A DNA stretch of 64,000 nt, taken from the NCBI GenBank assembly GCA_965223415.1, contig OZ245002.1:512001-576000 (forward strand). The letters are read 5' to 3'. The translations under genes were made by a program, and so were the position numbers. This document shows, piece by piece, positions 39,098 to 49,035 of this stretch (its first letter is position 1; each line of letters starts with the position of its first letter). The DNA is from Myxococcota bacterium (GTDB taxonomy: Bacteria > Myxococcota_A > UBA9160 > UBA6930). The notes under the pieces were generated by a model. That model was not told the origin of the DNA, ran no database searches, and saw only the letters and a list, made by a program, of their open reading frames with translations.

Positions 39098-40516
39098 ATG
39101 TCCGCCTCCGCCGAGGCCATCCGCGCCCGCCTCGACCATCCGGTGATCGACTCGGACGGTCACGACATCGAGTACCTGCCCCTGGTCCGCGAGCACCTCC
39201 GCGAGCTGGGCGGCGACGGCGTCCTGCCGGGCTTCGACGCCATGGTGAACGGCGCCCAACTCAGCCGGGGTCTCGACCTCGAGCAGCGCCGGCAGCTCGG
39301 CGTGATCCGCATCCCCTGGTGGGGCCTTCCCGCCGAGAACACCCTCGACCGCGCGACGGCGATGCTCCCGCGCCTCTTCCACGAGCGCATGGACGAGCTG
39401 GGCCTCGACTTCGCCGTCGTCTACCCGACCTACGGGCTGATGGCGATGTCGGCGGAGCCGGCGGAGCTGCGCCGGGCCATGTGTCGGGCCTTCAACCGCT
39501 ACCACGCGGAGGCCTTTGCCGGACTCGGCGATCGGCTGACACCGGTCGCCGTCATCCCCATGCACACGCCCGAGGAAGCGCTCGCCGAGCTCGACCATGC
39601 GGTGGCTGAGCTCGGCCTGAAGGCCGTCCTCGTCACCGGCCACGTGCTGCGCCCCTTCGAGAGCGAGAGTTCCTCGCGCATGGCCCGTTGGATCGACACC
39701 TTCGGTCCGGAGAGCCCCCACGACTACGACCCGGTGTGGGCGCGCTGCCAGGAGCTCGGCGTCGCTCCCACCTTCCACTCGAGCGGAATGGGCTGGGGAA
39801 GCCGCGCCTCCCACACGAACTACGTCCACAACCACGTCGGCAACTTCGCGGCCGCGGGGGAGGCGATCTGCCGCTCCCTCTTCCTCTCCGGCGTTCCCTG
39901 GCGCTTCCCGGAGCTGCGCTTCGCCTTTCTCGAGGGCGGCGTCGGCTGGGCGCGCAACCTCTACTCGGACCTCATCGGACACTGGGAGAAGCGCAACCGC
40001 GAAGCGATCCGGCTCTACGATCCCGCTTCCCTCGACCGGGACCGGCTCGCCGAGCTCTTCGCCAAGTACGCCGATCCCGCGGCGGCCCGGCACGCCGGGC
40101 AGCTCCCGGAGAGCCTCCACCTGCTCTCGGAGCCGGACGAGCCGGAGGACGCGCGCGACGAGTTCGCCGCCTGCCCCATCGCACGGGCCGAGGACATCCG
40201 CGACATCTTCGAGCGCTTCTTCTTCGGCTGCGAGGCGGACGACCCGATGAACGCGATCGCCTACGATCGCCGCAGCGCGCCGCTGGGCGCGACGCTCCAC
40301 GCCGTCTTCAGCTCCGACGTAGGCCATTGGGACGTGCCGGACATGCGCGGTGTCCTCCCCGAGGCGTGGGAGCTCGTCGAGGACGGCCTCGTCGACGAGG
40401 GGGACTTCCGGCGCTTCGTCTTCGCGTCCCCGGCGGCCCTCTGGTGCGCGGGCAACCCGTCGTTCTTCGACGGCACCGCCGTGCAGGAGGCCGTCCAGCG
40501 CGAGCTCCAGGGGTGA
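39098..40516 (+). CDS. Amidohydrolase family protein
   Basis: VIDSDGH, FPELRFAFLEGG and SSDVGHWD motifs. Confidence 0.85.
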   Translation: MSASAEAIRARLDHPVIDSDGHDIEYLPLVREHLRELGGDGVLPGFDAMVNGAQLSRGLDLEQRRQLGVIRIPWWGLPAENTLDRATAMLPRLFHERMDELGLDFAVVYPTYGLMAMSAEPAELRRAMCRAFNRYHAEAFAGLGDRLTPVAVIPMHTPEEALAELDHAVAELGLKAVLVTGHVLRPFESESSSRMARWIDTFGPESPHDYDPVWARCQELGVAPTFHSSGMGWGSRASHTNYVHNHVGNFAAAGEAICRSLFLSGVPWRFPELRFAFLEGGVGWARNLYSDLIGHWEKRNREAIRLYDPASLDRDRLAELFAKYADPAAARHAGQLPESLHLLSEPDEPEDARDEFAACPIARAEDIRDIFERFFFGCEADDPMNAIAYDRRSAPLGATLHAVFSSDVGHWDVPDMRGVLPEAWELVEDGLVDEGDFRRFVFASPAALWCAGNPSFFDGTAVQEAVQRELQG

Positions 40517-41526
40517 AGGTCCTCGTTACCGGCGGCACCGGCTTCACCGGCTCCCACTCGGTGCGCGCCCTGGTCCAGGCGGGTCACGAGGTCCGTCTGC
40601 TGGCGCGCAGCGCGGAGAAGGTGAGGCGGGTGTACGGGCCCCTCGGCCTGGCGATGGAGGACGTCGTGCTGGGCGACATGACCGATCCGTCCCCGGTGGG
40701 CGAAGCGCTCGAGGGCTGCGACGGCGTCCTCCACGCCGCGGCCATGGTGGATCTGAAGGCCCGGAACGCGAGCCAGGTGATCGCCACGAACACCACCGGC
40801 GTGGCGAACGTGATCGGCGCCGCGGTGGAGCGCGGCATCGAACGCATCGTCTACGTCTCGAGCCTGGCGATCTTCTTCCGGCCGGGCTGCCCGCCCCTGC
40901 ACACCGGGATGTCCATTCCGCCGGCGTCCACAGCCTACGGCGAGTCGAAGACCCGCGCCGAGATCCAGGTCCGTACGCTCCAGGCCCGGGGGGCGCCGAT
41001 TCACGTGACCTATCCCGTGGGCATCATTGGACCGGACGATCCCGACATGAGCGACGCGAACCACGCGGTCTACTCCTGGTTCCGGGACCTGACCGTCCGC
41101 ACTTCCAGCGGCTTCCAGATCGTGGACGTGCGTGACGTCGCCGACCTGCACTGCCGGCTCCTCGAGCACGAAGGCCCGCCGGGTCGCTTCGCCGCAGCCG
41201 GCGAGACCGTGGCCTGGAACGACATGCCCGACTTCATCGAGTCGATCACCGGCACCCGACTCCGCTACCTGACGATCCCGGGGCCCCTGCTGCGCGCTCT
41301 GGGCCGCGTGGGCGACGCCGTCAAGCGCTTCCGGGACTTCAGCTTCCCGCTCACCCACGAGTCGATGACCTTCGCGACCCAGTGGCCGGGGACCGAACGG
41401 CCCGAGGCCAGCGAGGCCCTGGGCTTGCGCTGGCGACCGGCCCGGGAGACCTACGAGGACACGCTGCGTTGGATGTATTGCGCGGGCCACCTAACAGCCG
41501 AGCAGGTCGGGCGGCTGGCCGACTGA
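40513..41526 (+). CDS. NAD-dependent epimerase/dehydratase (extended SDR)
   Basis: GTGA overlap with the upstream stop. VTGGTGFTG, YGESK and VDVRDVA motifs. Confidence 0.85.
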   Translation: MKVLVTGGTGFTGSHSVRALVQAGHEVRLLARSAEKVRRVYGPLGLAMEDVVLGDMTDPSPVGEALEGCDGVLHAAAMVDLKARNASQVIATNTTGVANVIGAAVERGIERIVYVSSLAIFFRPGCPPLHTGMSIPPASTAYGESKTRAEIQVRTLQARGAPIHVTYPVGIIGPDDPDMSDANHAVYSWFRDLTVRTSSGFQIVDVRDVADLHCRLLEHEGPPGRFAAAGETVAWNDMPDFIESITGTRLRYLTIPGPLLRALGRVGDAVKRFRDFSFPLTHESMTFATQWPGTERPEASEALGLRWRPARETYEDTLRWMYCAGHLTAEQVGRLAD

Positions 41527-41622
41527 TCCGGGTTTCGGGGAAAGGCCCGACGCCTCCTCCGGCAGCCGCCCCACTCCACCGCGCGTTTTCCTCCGGGTTC
41601 TCCGGATCGACGGCTTGCTCCG

Positions 41623-41650
41623 TCAAGGAGGTCTCGGAGTGCGCCGAAGA
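41623..41650 (+). promoter_or_regulatory. Sigma-28 (FliA)-like promoter
   Basis: TCAAG-N15-GCCGAAGA upstream of the GGDEF-EAL gene RBS. Confidence 0.4.
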
Positions 41651-41672
41651 CGGCCGAGGGGAGACCGGCCAG

Positions 41673-43781
41673 GTGGAGGATCACACCAGGAAGCGCCCGC
41701 GGGTGCTCGTCGTCGATGACGACCCGGGGGTCTGTCGGACCCTTGAGAGGGCCCTCGAACGCGACGGCCTCGAGGCCCAGATCGCGAGAGACGGGGAGTC
41801 GGCGTTGCGCGCCTTCGACGAGCGGCCGCCCCAGCTCGTGCTCCTCGACGTCCAGATGCCGGGCCCCTCGGGCTTCGACGTCTGCGGGACCATCCGCGCC
41901 CGCCCAGGCGGAGCCGAGCTGCCGATCGTCATGATGACCGGCATGGAGGACATCCAGTCGATCCAGCGTGCCTACGAAGCGGGCGCCACCGACTTCGTGA
42001 CCAAGCCGATCCAGTACCTCGTGCTCTCCCACCGGCTCCGCTACCTGCTGCGCGCCGGCTCCACCCTGCACCTGCTGCGGGAAGCTCAGGACCGGGTGAT
42101 CGACCAGCAGCGCCTCGCCCAGATCGGAAGCTGGGAGCTCGATCTCGAGACCGGGCGCTTCCACGGGTCGGACGTGCTCTGGGAGATCCACGGCATCCCG
42201 CGACCGGATGCCAGCTCGGGCATGCGGGTGCTCGCCGACTCAATCCACCCGAGCGACCGCGAACGGGTACAGGAAGCGATCCGGCGCTGTCGCGAACAGG
42301 GGGGCGTGGTGCGCTTCGACCAGCGCATGCGACGCGTCGACGGCTCCGAACGCATCCTCCACTGCCAGGTGCGGCTCGGCTTCGACCCGGAAGGCGTGCC
42401 GGAGCGCCTGGAGGGCGTGGCCCAGGACCTCACCGAGCGACGGCGCACGGAGCAGCAGATCCGCTTCCTGTCTTCCCACGACGCGCTCACCAGCCTGGGC
42501 AATCGACGTCTGTTTCGCGAACGCCTCGATCTCGCGCTTCGGCAGGCGCGCCAGGGCGGCTGGAAGGCCGGCATCCTCTACCTTGACCTGGACCACTTCA
42601 AGCGCATCAACGAGACCTTCGGCCACTCGGTGGGGGACTCGCTCCTCGCGGAGGTGGCCAACCGTCTGGTGATGAGCGTGCGCGGCGCCGACCTGGTGAC
42701 CCGCGACGACGACTCGGCGATCTCCCGCCTTGGCGGTGACGAGTTCTCCATCCTGCTGCCGCGGGTGCGGGACGCCGAGAGCCTCGCCACCGTCGCCCGC
42801 CGGATCCTGCGCGCGCTCGCCCGCCCCTTCTCCCTGGAGGGCCACGAGGTGGTCGTCGGGGGCAGCGTCGGCATCACGGTCTTTCCCAGCGACGGCGACG
42901 ATCCGGAGACGCTGCTCCGCAACGCGGACACCGCCATGTACGCGGCGAAGGAGCAGGGGCGCAACACCTATCAGTTCTACGCGGAGCGGATGAACGAGCT
43001 CTCCCTGCGACGCCTGATCCTCGAGGGCAAGCTGCGCCGGGCCCTGGAAGAGGGGCAATTCGAGCTCTACTACCAGCCGAAGGTGAGCCTCGCCTCCGGC
43101 CGGATCGAAGGCTGCGAGGCCCTGGTGCGTTGGCACGAACCGGAGCTCGGCATGGTCGGTCCCGGCGACTTCATCCCGGTCGCCGAGGAGACGGGCCTGA
43201 TCGTCGGGCTCGGCGAATGGGTCCTGGAGGAGGCGTGCCGGCAAGCCGCCGATTGGAGCCGCCGGGGCGTCTGCGAGGTGCCCGTGGCCGTCAACCTCTC
43301 GCCCGAGCAGTTCCGCAGGCCCGGCCTCGCGCGGCGCGTGGCCCGTGTCGTCCAGGAGGCGGGAATTCCCCCGGAGCGACTGGAGCTGGAGATCACGGAG
43401 GGGGTCATGCTCCACGACACGGAGCAGGTGATCCGGGAGCTGGACGAGATGCGCGCCCTCGGCATGCGGATCGCCCTCGACGACTTCGGGACCGGCTACT
43501 CGTCGCTCTCCTACGTGCGCCGCCTGCCCGTCGATACCCTCAAGATCGACCGCACCTTCATCATGGACATCGACGAGGACCCGGAAGACGCCGCCCTGAC
43601 CCGGGCGATCATCGCCCTCGGGCACGTGCTGGGCCTGCGCAGCGTCGCGGAGGGCGTCGAGACCGAAGCCCAGCGCGCCCGGCTCGCCAGCTGGAGCTGC
43701 GACCAGATGCAGGGCTTCCTCTTCAGCCGCCCGCTCCCGGCAGCGGAGCTCGAGGCCTTGTGGCGGAGCGAGGAGACCTAA
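41673..43781 (+). CDS. REC-PAS-GGDEF-EAL c-di-GMP signalling protein
   Basis: VLVVDDD..LLDVQMP..FVTKP receiver, IHPSDR PAS, RLGGDEF, EAL and DDFGTGYSS. GTG start after GAGGGGAG. Confidence 0.9.
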   Translation: MEDHTRKRPRVLVVDDDPGVCRTLERALERDGLEAQIARDGESALRAFDERPPQLVLLDVQMPGPSGFDVCGTIRARPGGAELPIVMMTGMEDIQSIQRAYEAGATDFVTKPIQYLVLSHRLRYLLRAGSTLHLLREAQDRVIDQQRLAQIGSWELDLETGRFHGSDVLWEIHGIPRPDASSGMRVLADSIHPSDRERVQEAIRRCREQGGVVRFDQRMRRVDGSERILHCQVRLGFDPEGVPERLEGVAQDLTERRRTEQQIRFLSSHDALTSLGNRRLFRERLDLALRQARQGGWKAGILYLDLDHFKRINETFGHSVGDSLLAEVANRLVMSVRGADLVTRDDDSAISRLGGDEFSILLPRVRDAESLATVARRILRALARPFSLEGHEVVVGGSVGITVFPSDGDDPETLLRNADTAMYAAKEQGRNTYQFYAERMNELSLRRLILEGKLRRALEEGQFELYYQPKVSLASGRIEGCEALVRWHEPELGMVGPGDFIPVAEETGLIVGLGEWVLEEACRQAADWSRRGVCEVPVAVNLSPEQFRRPGLARRVARVVQEAGIPPERLELEITEGVMLHDTEQVIRELDEMRALGMRIALDDFGTGYSSLSYVRRLPVDTLKIDRTFIMDIDEDPEDAALTRAIIALGHVLGLRSVAEGVETEAQRARLASWSCDQMQGFLFSRPLPAAELEALWRSEET

Positions 43782-45427
43782 CGTCGGCGCTCGAGCGTGC
43801 GCAGGCGAAGGCGGAGGGCATGGGCGCGACGGGGATCGGCGTCGGCGTCCAACACCTCCAGGGCACGGGCCACCGCCCGGGCCGCCTCCGCGCGCCGGCC
43901 CACGGCCTCGAGGGCGTCGGCCAGGGTCTCGTGGGCGAAGGGGTCCGCCGGGTCGAGGGCCGCCGCCCTCTGCGCCGCCTCCAGGCCCTCCCGGCGGGCC
44001 TGCGCCCCCCGCCCGGCCGCCGCGAGCGCCCGCGAGAGGTTCAGGAGCGTGGGGACGTCGTCCGGTGCGATCGCCAGGGCCTCTCGCAGCGGCGAGAGAG
44101 CCGCCCGCGCCTCGCCCTCCGCGAGCAGGGCGGCACCGAGCCGCTCCTGGGCGCGCAGGTTGGGGCCGGTCACAGCGACGGTGTGCGCGAAGAGACTGCG
44201 GCTGTCCCGCCAGTGGGCGAGCTGGCTGCGGGTCGCCAGGCCCAGGCCGAGGAGACCGGCGAGGGCCAGGGCCCCGAGGGCGCGGCCCAGGGGGCGCGCC
44301 ATCAGGCCGGGCGGCACGCTCCAGGCCACCACGATCGTCAGCCCCGGGGTCGCGAGATAGGTGTAGCGATCGGCCATGGCCTGGGAGCCCACCTGCACCA
44401 GCCCGATCATGGGAACGAGCGTGCCGAGGAACCAGAGCCATCCCACCGCCCAGTAGGGCCGCGTGTCGAGGCGCCGGGTGACCGCGATGGTGAGCGCGAG
44501 CAGGACCACCAGGCTCGGGATCACTCGCAGCGCGCCGAGCTCGCCATGGGGGTAGTAGACGGCGAGGTCGCGCGGCCACAGGAAGTGGCCCAGGTAGCCC
44601 GCGTAGGCGACCGGAACGTTCAGCAGGCGTTGGACGATCGACAGCTGCTCGGCCGAGGCGACGGCACCGGCGCCGCGCTGGGCCACGAAGGTGATCGCGG
44701 AGACGAGCGCGACCAGAACGAAGAGCGGGACCTTCTCGACGACGCATCGACGCAGCCGCTCCGGGTCGATGCGCCCCGGGGCGTCGGGGGCGACCAGCCG
44801 CCCGAGGGGCCAGAGGTCGAGGAGGAGCAGGACGAAGGGCAGCGTGACGTAGCTCGGCTTCGACATCAGTCCGGCGACCACGCACAGGCCGAGCCCGCCG
44901 AGGCGCTTTCGCCCGAGCCCGCCCTGCTCGGCCGCTCCCCGGGTGAACGCCCCTGCATAGATCCACAGGGCGAGCATCCAGAAGAGCCCCGCCAGCAGCG
45001 CCCGCCGCTGGGCGGCCCACGCCACCACCTCCACCTGGAGCGGGTGCAGCGCGAAGACCGCGGCCACCAGGGCGCTGCGCCAGCGGTCGCCGGTGAGCCG
45101 CCGAAGCGCCGCGAAGGCCCCGGCCGTGCACAGCGCGTGCAGCAGCAGGTTGGTGGCATGGACGCCGCGGGAGGAGAGGCCGTGGAGCTCCGCATCGACC
45201 AGGTAGGAGAGCCAGGTCAGGGGGAACCAGTTGCCGCCGAAGTCGGTCGTGAAGGCCCAGCGAACGGCGCCGAGAGAGAGCCCACCCGCGAGCGCGGGGT
45301 TCTCCGAGACGTAGTAGTCGTCGTCGAAATTGAGGAAGGCGTGGCCGGTGGAGGGCTCGTAGAGCACCGCCGCCAGCAGGGCGAGGCCCGCCCCCACGAC
45401 CACGTCCAAGCCCGCCCGCGTACCCAT
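43778..45427 (-). CDS. TMTC-like membrane glycosyltransferase with C-terminal TPR repeats
   Basis: FLNFDDDYYV, NWFPLTWLS, FALHPLQVEVVAW and ADRYTYL motifs, then a TPR-like tail. Confidence 0.75.
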   Translation of the reverse strand: MGTRAGLDVVVGAGLALLAAVLYEPSTGHAFLNFDDDYYVSENPALAGGLSLGAVRWAFTTDFGGNWFPLTWLSYLVDAELHGLSSRGVHATNLLLHALCTAGAFAALRRLTGDRWRSALVAAVFALHPLQVEVVAWAAQRRALLAGLFWMLALWIYAGAFTRGAAEQGGLGRKRLGGLGLCVVAGLMSKPSYVTLPFVLLLLDLWPLGRLVAPDAPGRIDPERLRRCVVEKVPLFVLVALVSAITFVAQRGAGAVASAEQLSIVQRLLNVPVAYAGYLGHFLWPRDLAVYYPHGELGALRVIPSLVVLLALTIAVTRRLDTRPYWAVGWLWFLGTLVPMIGLVQVGSQAMADRYTYLATPGLTIVVAWSVPPGLMARPLGRALGALALAGLLGLGLATRSQLAHWRDSRSLFAHTVAVTGPNLRAQERLGAALLAEGEARAALSPLREALAIAPDDVPTLLNLSRALAAAGRGAQARREGLEAAQRAAALDPADPFAHETLADALEAVGRRAEAARAVARALEVLDADADPRRAHALRLRLRTLERRR

Positions 45428-45520
45428 CGGCCGCAGTGTAGGCCCACCGGACGCCGGAGCGAGTCCGCGTTCCGCCCGGGGGCCGTGGCGCATCGCCACC
45501 ACACGGGGTTGAATCCCGGC

Positions 45521-46375
45521 ATGCCCGAAGTTGCCCACGATCGGACCTTCACCAACCGGGACGGGTTGGCGCTCTACTACCGCGAGTACGCGGGCCCGGG
45601 CGACGCGACCCTGCCGCCGGCGCTCTGCGTGCCGGGCCTCACCCGCAACCACCGCGACTTCGACGATCTCGCACCGCGGCTCGCCACGAAGCGCCGGGTG
45701 CTGTGCCCGGACCTCCGCGGGCGCGGGCGCTCGGCCTACGACCCCCGGCCGGAGCGCTACGTGCCGCCGACCTACGCCCAGGACCTGGTGGAGCTGCTCG
45801 ACGTCGCCGGGGCACCGCGAGTTGCCGTGGTCGGAACCTCCCTCGGCGGCCTGCTGGCGATGCTACTCGCCGCGATGCATGCCGAGCGGATCGATCGGAT
45901 CGTCCTCAACGACGTCGGCCCGGAGATCGACCCCAAGGGCCTGGCGCGCATCCAGGGTTACGTGGGCAAGAGCCAGCCGATCACCAGCTGGGAGGAGGCC
46001 GGCGCGGCGGCGAAGGCGATCTACGGCCTCGCGATGCCGGACCTCGACGACGAGGACTGGATCGCCCAGGCGAAGCGGGGCTCGGCCCGGGACGCGGACG
46101 GCACGATCCGCCCGGACTACGACCCGCGCATCTCCGAGGCCGCGGGAGACGCGGCCAGCGCCGCCCCGGACCTCTGGCCGATCTGGGGGGCGCTCGCCGC
46201 GATCCCGACTCTCGTCCTGCGGGGTGAGACCAGCGACATCCTCTCGGAGGCGACGCTGGATCGCATGGCGAGGGAGAAGCCGGACCTGGTGCGCGTGACG
46301 GTGCCCGGCCGGGGACACGCCCCGCTGCTCGACGAGCCGGTCAGCCGGGCGGCCCTGGAGGAATTCCTTCGTTAG
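45521..46375 (+). CDS. Alpha/beta-fold hydrolase
   Basis: GLTRN, DLRGRGRS, nucleophile GTSLGG and GHAP motifs. Confidence 0.85.
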   Translation: MPEVAHDRTFTNRDGLALYYREYAGPGDATLPPALCVPGLTRNHRDFDDLAPRLATKRRVLCPDLRGRGRSAYDPRPERYVPPTYAQDLVELLDVAGAPRVAVVGTSLGGLLAMLLAAMHAERIDRIVLNDVGPEIDPKGLARIQGYVGKSQPITSWEEAGAAAKAIYGLAMPDLDDEDWIAQAKRGSARDADGTIRPDYDPRISEAAGDAASAAPDLWPIWGALAAIPTLVLRGETSDILSEATLDRMAREKPDLVRVTVPGRGHAPLLDEPVSRAALEEFLR

Positions 46376-46403
46376 GCCGGCCAGCCCTGCCGGAAGTCCC
46401 TCG

Positions 46404-47156
46404 TCAGGCCGGGTGATGCTCCGACTCGAAGCGCTCGGCCAGGGCGAGGAGCGCCGCGGACGGCTCCGCGCGTTCCACCGGGCGCTCCCCGGCCAGGTGC
46501 CGCAGGAGGGCCGCGGCGACCTCCTCCAGGGTCACGCCGGGGACCTCGTCCTGCACCGAGCCCGCCGCGCCGGGATCCATCGGTAGCTCCATCGCCGCGT
46601 AGATCGGCTCGAGCACCCGGCCCACCCGGGCGCCGTCGCCGACTACGACCACGCCTCCGACGTGGGCCGCGCCCTTCACGATCCGCTGTCCCACGCCCAT
46701 CAGCTTGCGCTGACCCCGGGCGTTCACGCTGTGGTCGCCGGGACAGTACTCGCCGGGCACCGCGCCGATGCGTGCGTCGACACCGAGGTCGGCCAGCGCC
46801 TTCCGCACCCGGCGGGCCAGGTCTTCGAAGCGCGCGCCGATCCCCGCCCGCGCGTCCTCGGCGGGAAGGCACCAGGCGAAGGCCAGGCTCTGCCGGGTGA
46901 AGAGCGCGGCGCGGCCGCCGGCGAGTCGCACCACCGCGTCGAAGCCGGTCGTCCGCGCGGCTTCGACGGCCTTGCCGAAGCCCGGCCGGGTGCGGTCGAG
47001 CACGGAGAAGGCCACCACGTCGTCGGGGACGTAGAGTCGGAGGCTCTCGCCCTCCAGACCGGCGGCCACGCGCGTGAGCAGCGCCCGGGAGACGGCGGTA
47101 TCGAAGGCGGCGCGGCCGGGAAAGCGCGCGTCGAGGACCTGGAGCGGGAGCGGCAC
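46404..47156 (-). CDS. Lipoate-protein ligase family protein (catalytic domain only, LipL/LplA-like)
   Basis: RLAGGRAA, GEYCPGDHSV and KLMGVGQR motifs. Confidence 0.75.
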   Translation of the reverse strand: MPLPLQVLDARFPGRAAFDTAVSRALLTRVAAGLEGESLRLYVPDDVVAFSVLDRTRPGFGKAVEAARTTGFDAVVRLAGGRAALFTRQSLAFAWCLPAEDARAGIGARFEDLARRVRKALADLGVDARIGAVPGEYCPGDHSVNARGQRKLMGVGQRIVKGAAHVGGVVVVGDGARVGRVLEPIYAAMELPMDPGAAGSVQDEVPGVTLEEVAAALLRHLAGERPVERAEPSAALLALAERFESEHHPA

Positions 47157-47175
47157 CGCCGGAGTGTAGGCGCCC

Positions 47176-47751
47176 TCAGGTGCCCGGCTCGAACTCCGCC
47201 CGGGAGAGACGATCGGCCACGTGCTCGGCGAGCCCCTTCATCTCGGGGCGCTCGGCCCAGGGACCGGGGACGCGGAGCGACACGTCCGCGCGCAGGACGT
47301 CGCGGCTGGCCGGCCGCAGCAGCATCCAGTTCCAGGTGTGCAGCGTGCGGTTGCCGTCCTCCCGGGGCCCGGCGAAGGCCAGCATCACGTCGCCCGAGCC
47401 GGTGGAGGAGACCGCCAGGTCGCCCCACGCCGGCTCCAGGAAGCTGCGCGCCTGCTTGATCAGGCTGTCGTGGGCGGGCACGGCGCCGCGCACAGGATCC
47501 CGACCGACCGCGAGCCACAGCTCGACGTCCGGCACCTCCGGCAGCCGCAGCACGGTGGCGCCCTCGTCCTCGCGAGCCACCTGGAAGCGCTCGTCGAGGG
47601 AGAGCCGGAGGGAGAGATCCCCCGCGACCGGGGCCTCGGGGGTGGGAGACGTCTCCGGCGCCGGGGAGACCTCCGGCACCACCTCGACCCGGTTGCAGGC
47701 CAGGGCGAGCAGCAGGACACCAGCCGTGAGCAGCGATCGCATCATGCCCAT
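47176..47751 (-). CDS. Hypothetical lipoprotein
   Basis: Lipobox LALAC followed by a Pro-rich linker. GGAGG upstream. No recognisable domain. Confidence 0.55.
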   Translation of the reverse strand: MGMMRSLLTAGVLLLALACNRVEVVPEVSPAPETSPTPEAPVAGDLSLRLSLDERFQVAREDEGATVLRLPEVPDVELWLAVGRDPVRGAVPAHDSLIKQARSFLEPAWGDLAVSSTGSGDVMLAFAGPREDGNRTLHTWNWMLLRPASRDVLRADVSLRVPGPWAERPEMKGLAEHVADRLSRAEFEPGT

Positions 47752-47822
47752 CGTTTCGGCCGGCCTCCCTCCTGGCTGGAGCCGCGTGGGATAGAGTCCC
47801 TGCCTTCGCGAAGGAGAGCGGC

Positions 47823-49025
47823 ATGGGACCGATGGACGGCGTTCGGGTGGTCGAAATGGGGGTCTGGGTGGCCGGACCCGCAGCGGGAGGGATCCTCGCG
47901 GACTGGGGTGCCGACGTGGTGAAGATCGAGCCCCCGGGCGTCGGCGACCCCGGCCGTCTCTTCGCCACGATGCTCGGCGGCGACCTGCCCTTCAACGCGC
48001 CCTTCGAGATGGACAACCGCAGCAAGCGCAGCGTCGTGATCGACCTGAGCACGCCCGAGGGCCGCGCCCTTGGTCTCGAGCTGGTGGACGGCGCGGACGT
48101 GTTCGTCACGAACGTGCGCCAGGCCGGCCTGGCGCGAATCGGCTTCGATCCGGAGAGCCTCATGGCTCGCAACCCGCGGCTGGTCTACGCCGCGGTCACC
48201 GGCTTCGGCCTCGAGGGCCCGGACAAGGACAAGGCGGCCTACGACATCGCCGGCTTCTGGGCGCGCTCGGGCATCGCCCACATGCTCACCCAGCCCGGCA
48301 GCCATCCGCCCTTCCAGCGCGGCGGCATGGGCGACCACAACACCGGCCTCGCGGCGGCCGGCGCCATCTCCGCGGCGCTCTTCTCCCGCGAACGCACGGG
48401 CAAGGGCCAGCTGGTCTCGACGTCCCTGCTTCGCGAGGGCGTCTACACCCTGAGCTTCGACCTGGCGACGGCCCTGCGTTTTGGGGTTGGCCTGCAGGTG
48501 GCCGACCGCACGACCATGGGCAACCCTTGCATCAACAACTACCGGGACAAGGACGGCCGCTGGTTCTGGATCGTGGGGCTCGAAGGCGATCGCCATTGGC
48601 CGCCGCTCTGCCGCGTGGCGGGCCACCCGGAGTGGGCCTCCGACCCCCGCTTCGCCACGCCGAAGGATCGCGCCGAGAACGCGGCGGCGCTGATCGGCTT
48701 GCTCGACGAGGTGTTCGCGACGAAGAGCCGCGACGAGTGGGCGGAGGTCTTCGCGACGGAGCCCGACATGTGGTGGGCCCCGGTCCAGGATCTGGAGGAG
48801 GTGATGGCCGACGAGCAGGTCCGCGCCGATGGCGGCTTCTGCGAGGTTCCGGACGGCGGCGCGACCAGCCTCTTCCCCGCGTCCCCGGTGGACTTCCACG
48901 GCACGCCCTGGGCGCCGCGCTGGATGGCGCCGGAGCACGGCCAGCACACCGAGGAGGTGCTGCGGGAGCTGGGCCGCGACGACGCGGCGATCACCGAGCT
49001 GCGGGCAACGGGGGCGATCGGCTAG
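47823..49025 (+). CDS. Family III CoA-transferase (CaiB/BaiF)
   Basis: LADWGADVVKIEPP, NRSKRS, GDHNTG and APEHGQHT motifs. AAGGAG RBS. Confidence 0.9.
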   Translation: MGPMDGVRVVEMGVWVAGPAAGGILADWGADVVKIEPPGVGDPGRLFATMLGGDLPFNAPFEMDNRSKRSVVIDLSTPEGRALGLELVDGADVFVTNVRQAGLARIGFDPESLMARNPRLVYAAVTGFGLEGPDKDKAAYDIAGFWARSGIAHMLTQPGSHPPFQRGGMGDHNTGLAAAGAISAALFSRERTGKGQLVSTSLLREGVYTLSFDLATALRFGVGLQVADRTTMGNPCINNYRDKDGRWFWIVGLEGDRHWPPLCRVAGHPEWASDPRFATPKDRAENAAALIGLLDEVFATKSRDEWAEVFATEPDMWWAPVQDLEEVMADEQVRADGGFCEVPDGGATSLFPASPVDFHGTPWAPRWMAPEHGQHTEEVLRELGRDDAAITELRATGAIG

Positions 49026-49035
49026 GCGCCGGCGG

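Noticed and set aside
41527..41620. Possible c-di-GMP riboswitch upstream of the GGDEF-EAL gene
   Set aside because: Only a weak hairpin with GGAAA is visible and I could not build the two-stem architecture. An Rfam/Infernal scan would be needed.
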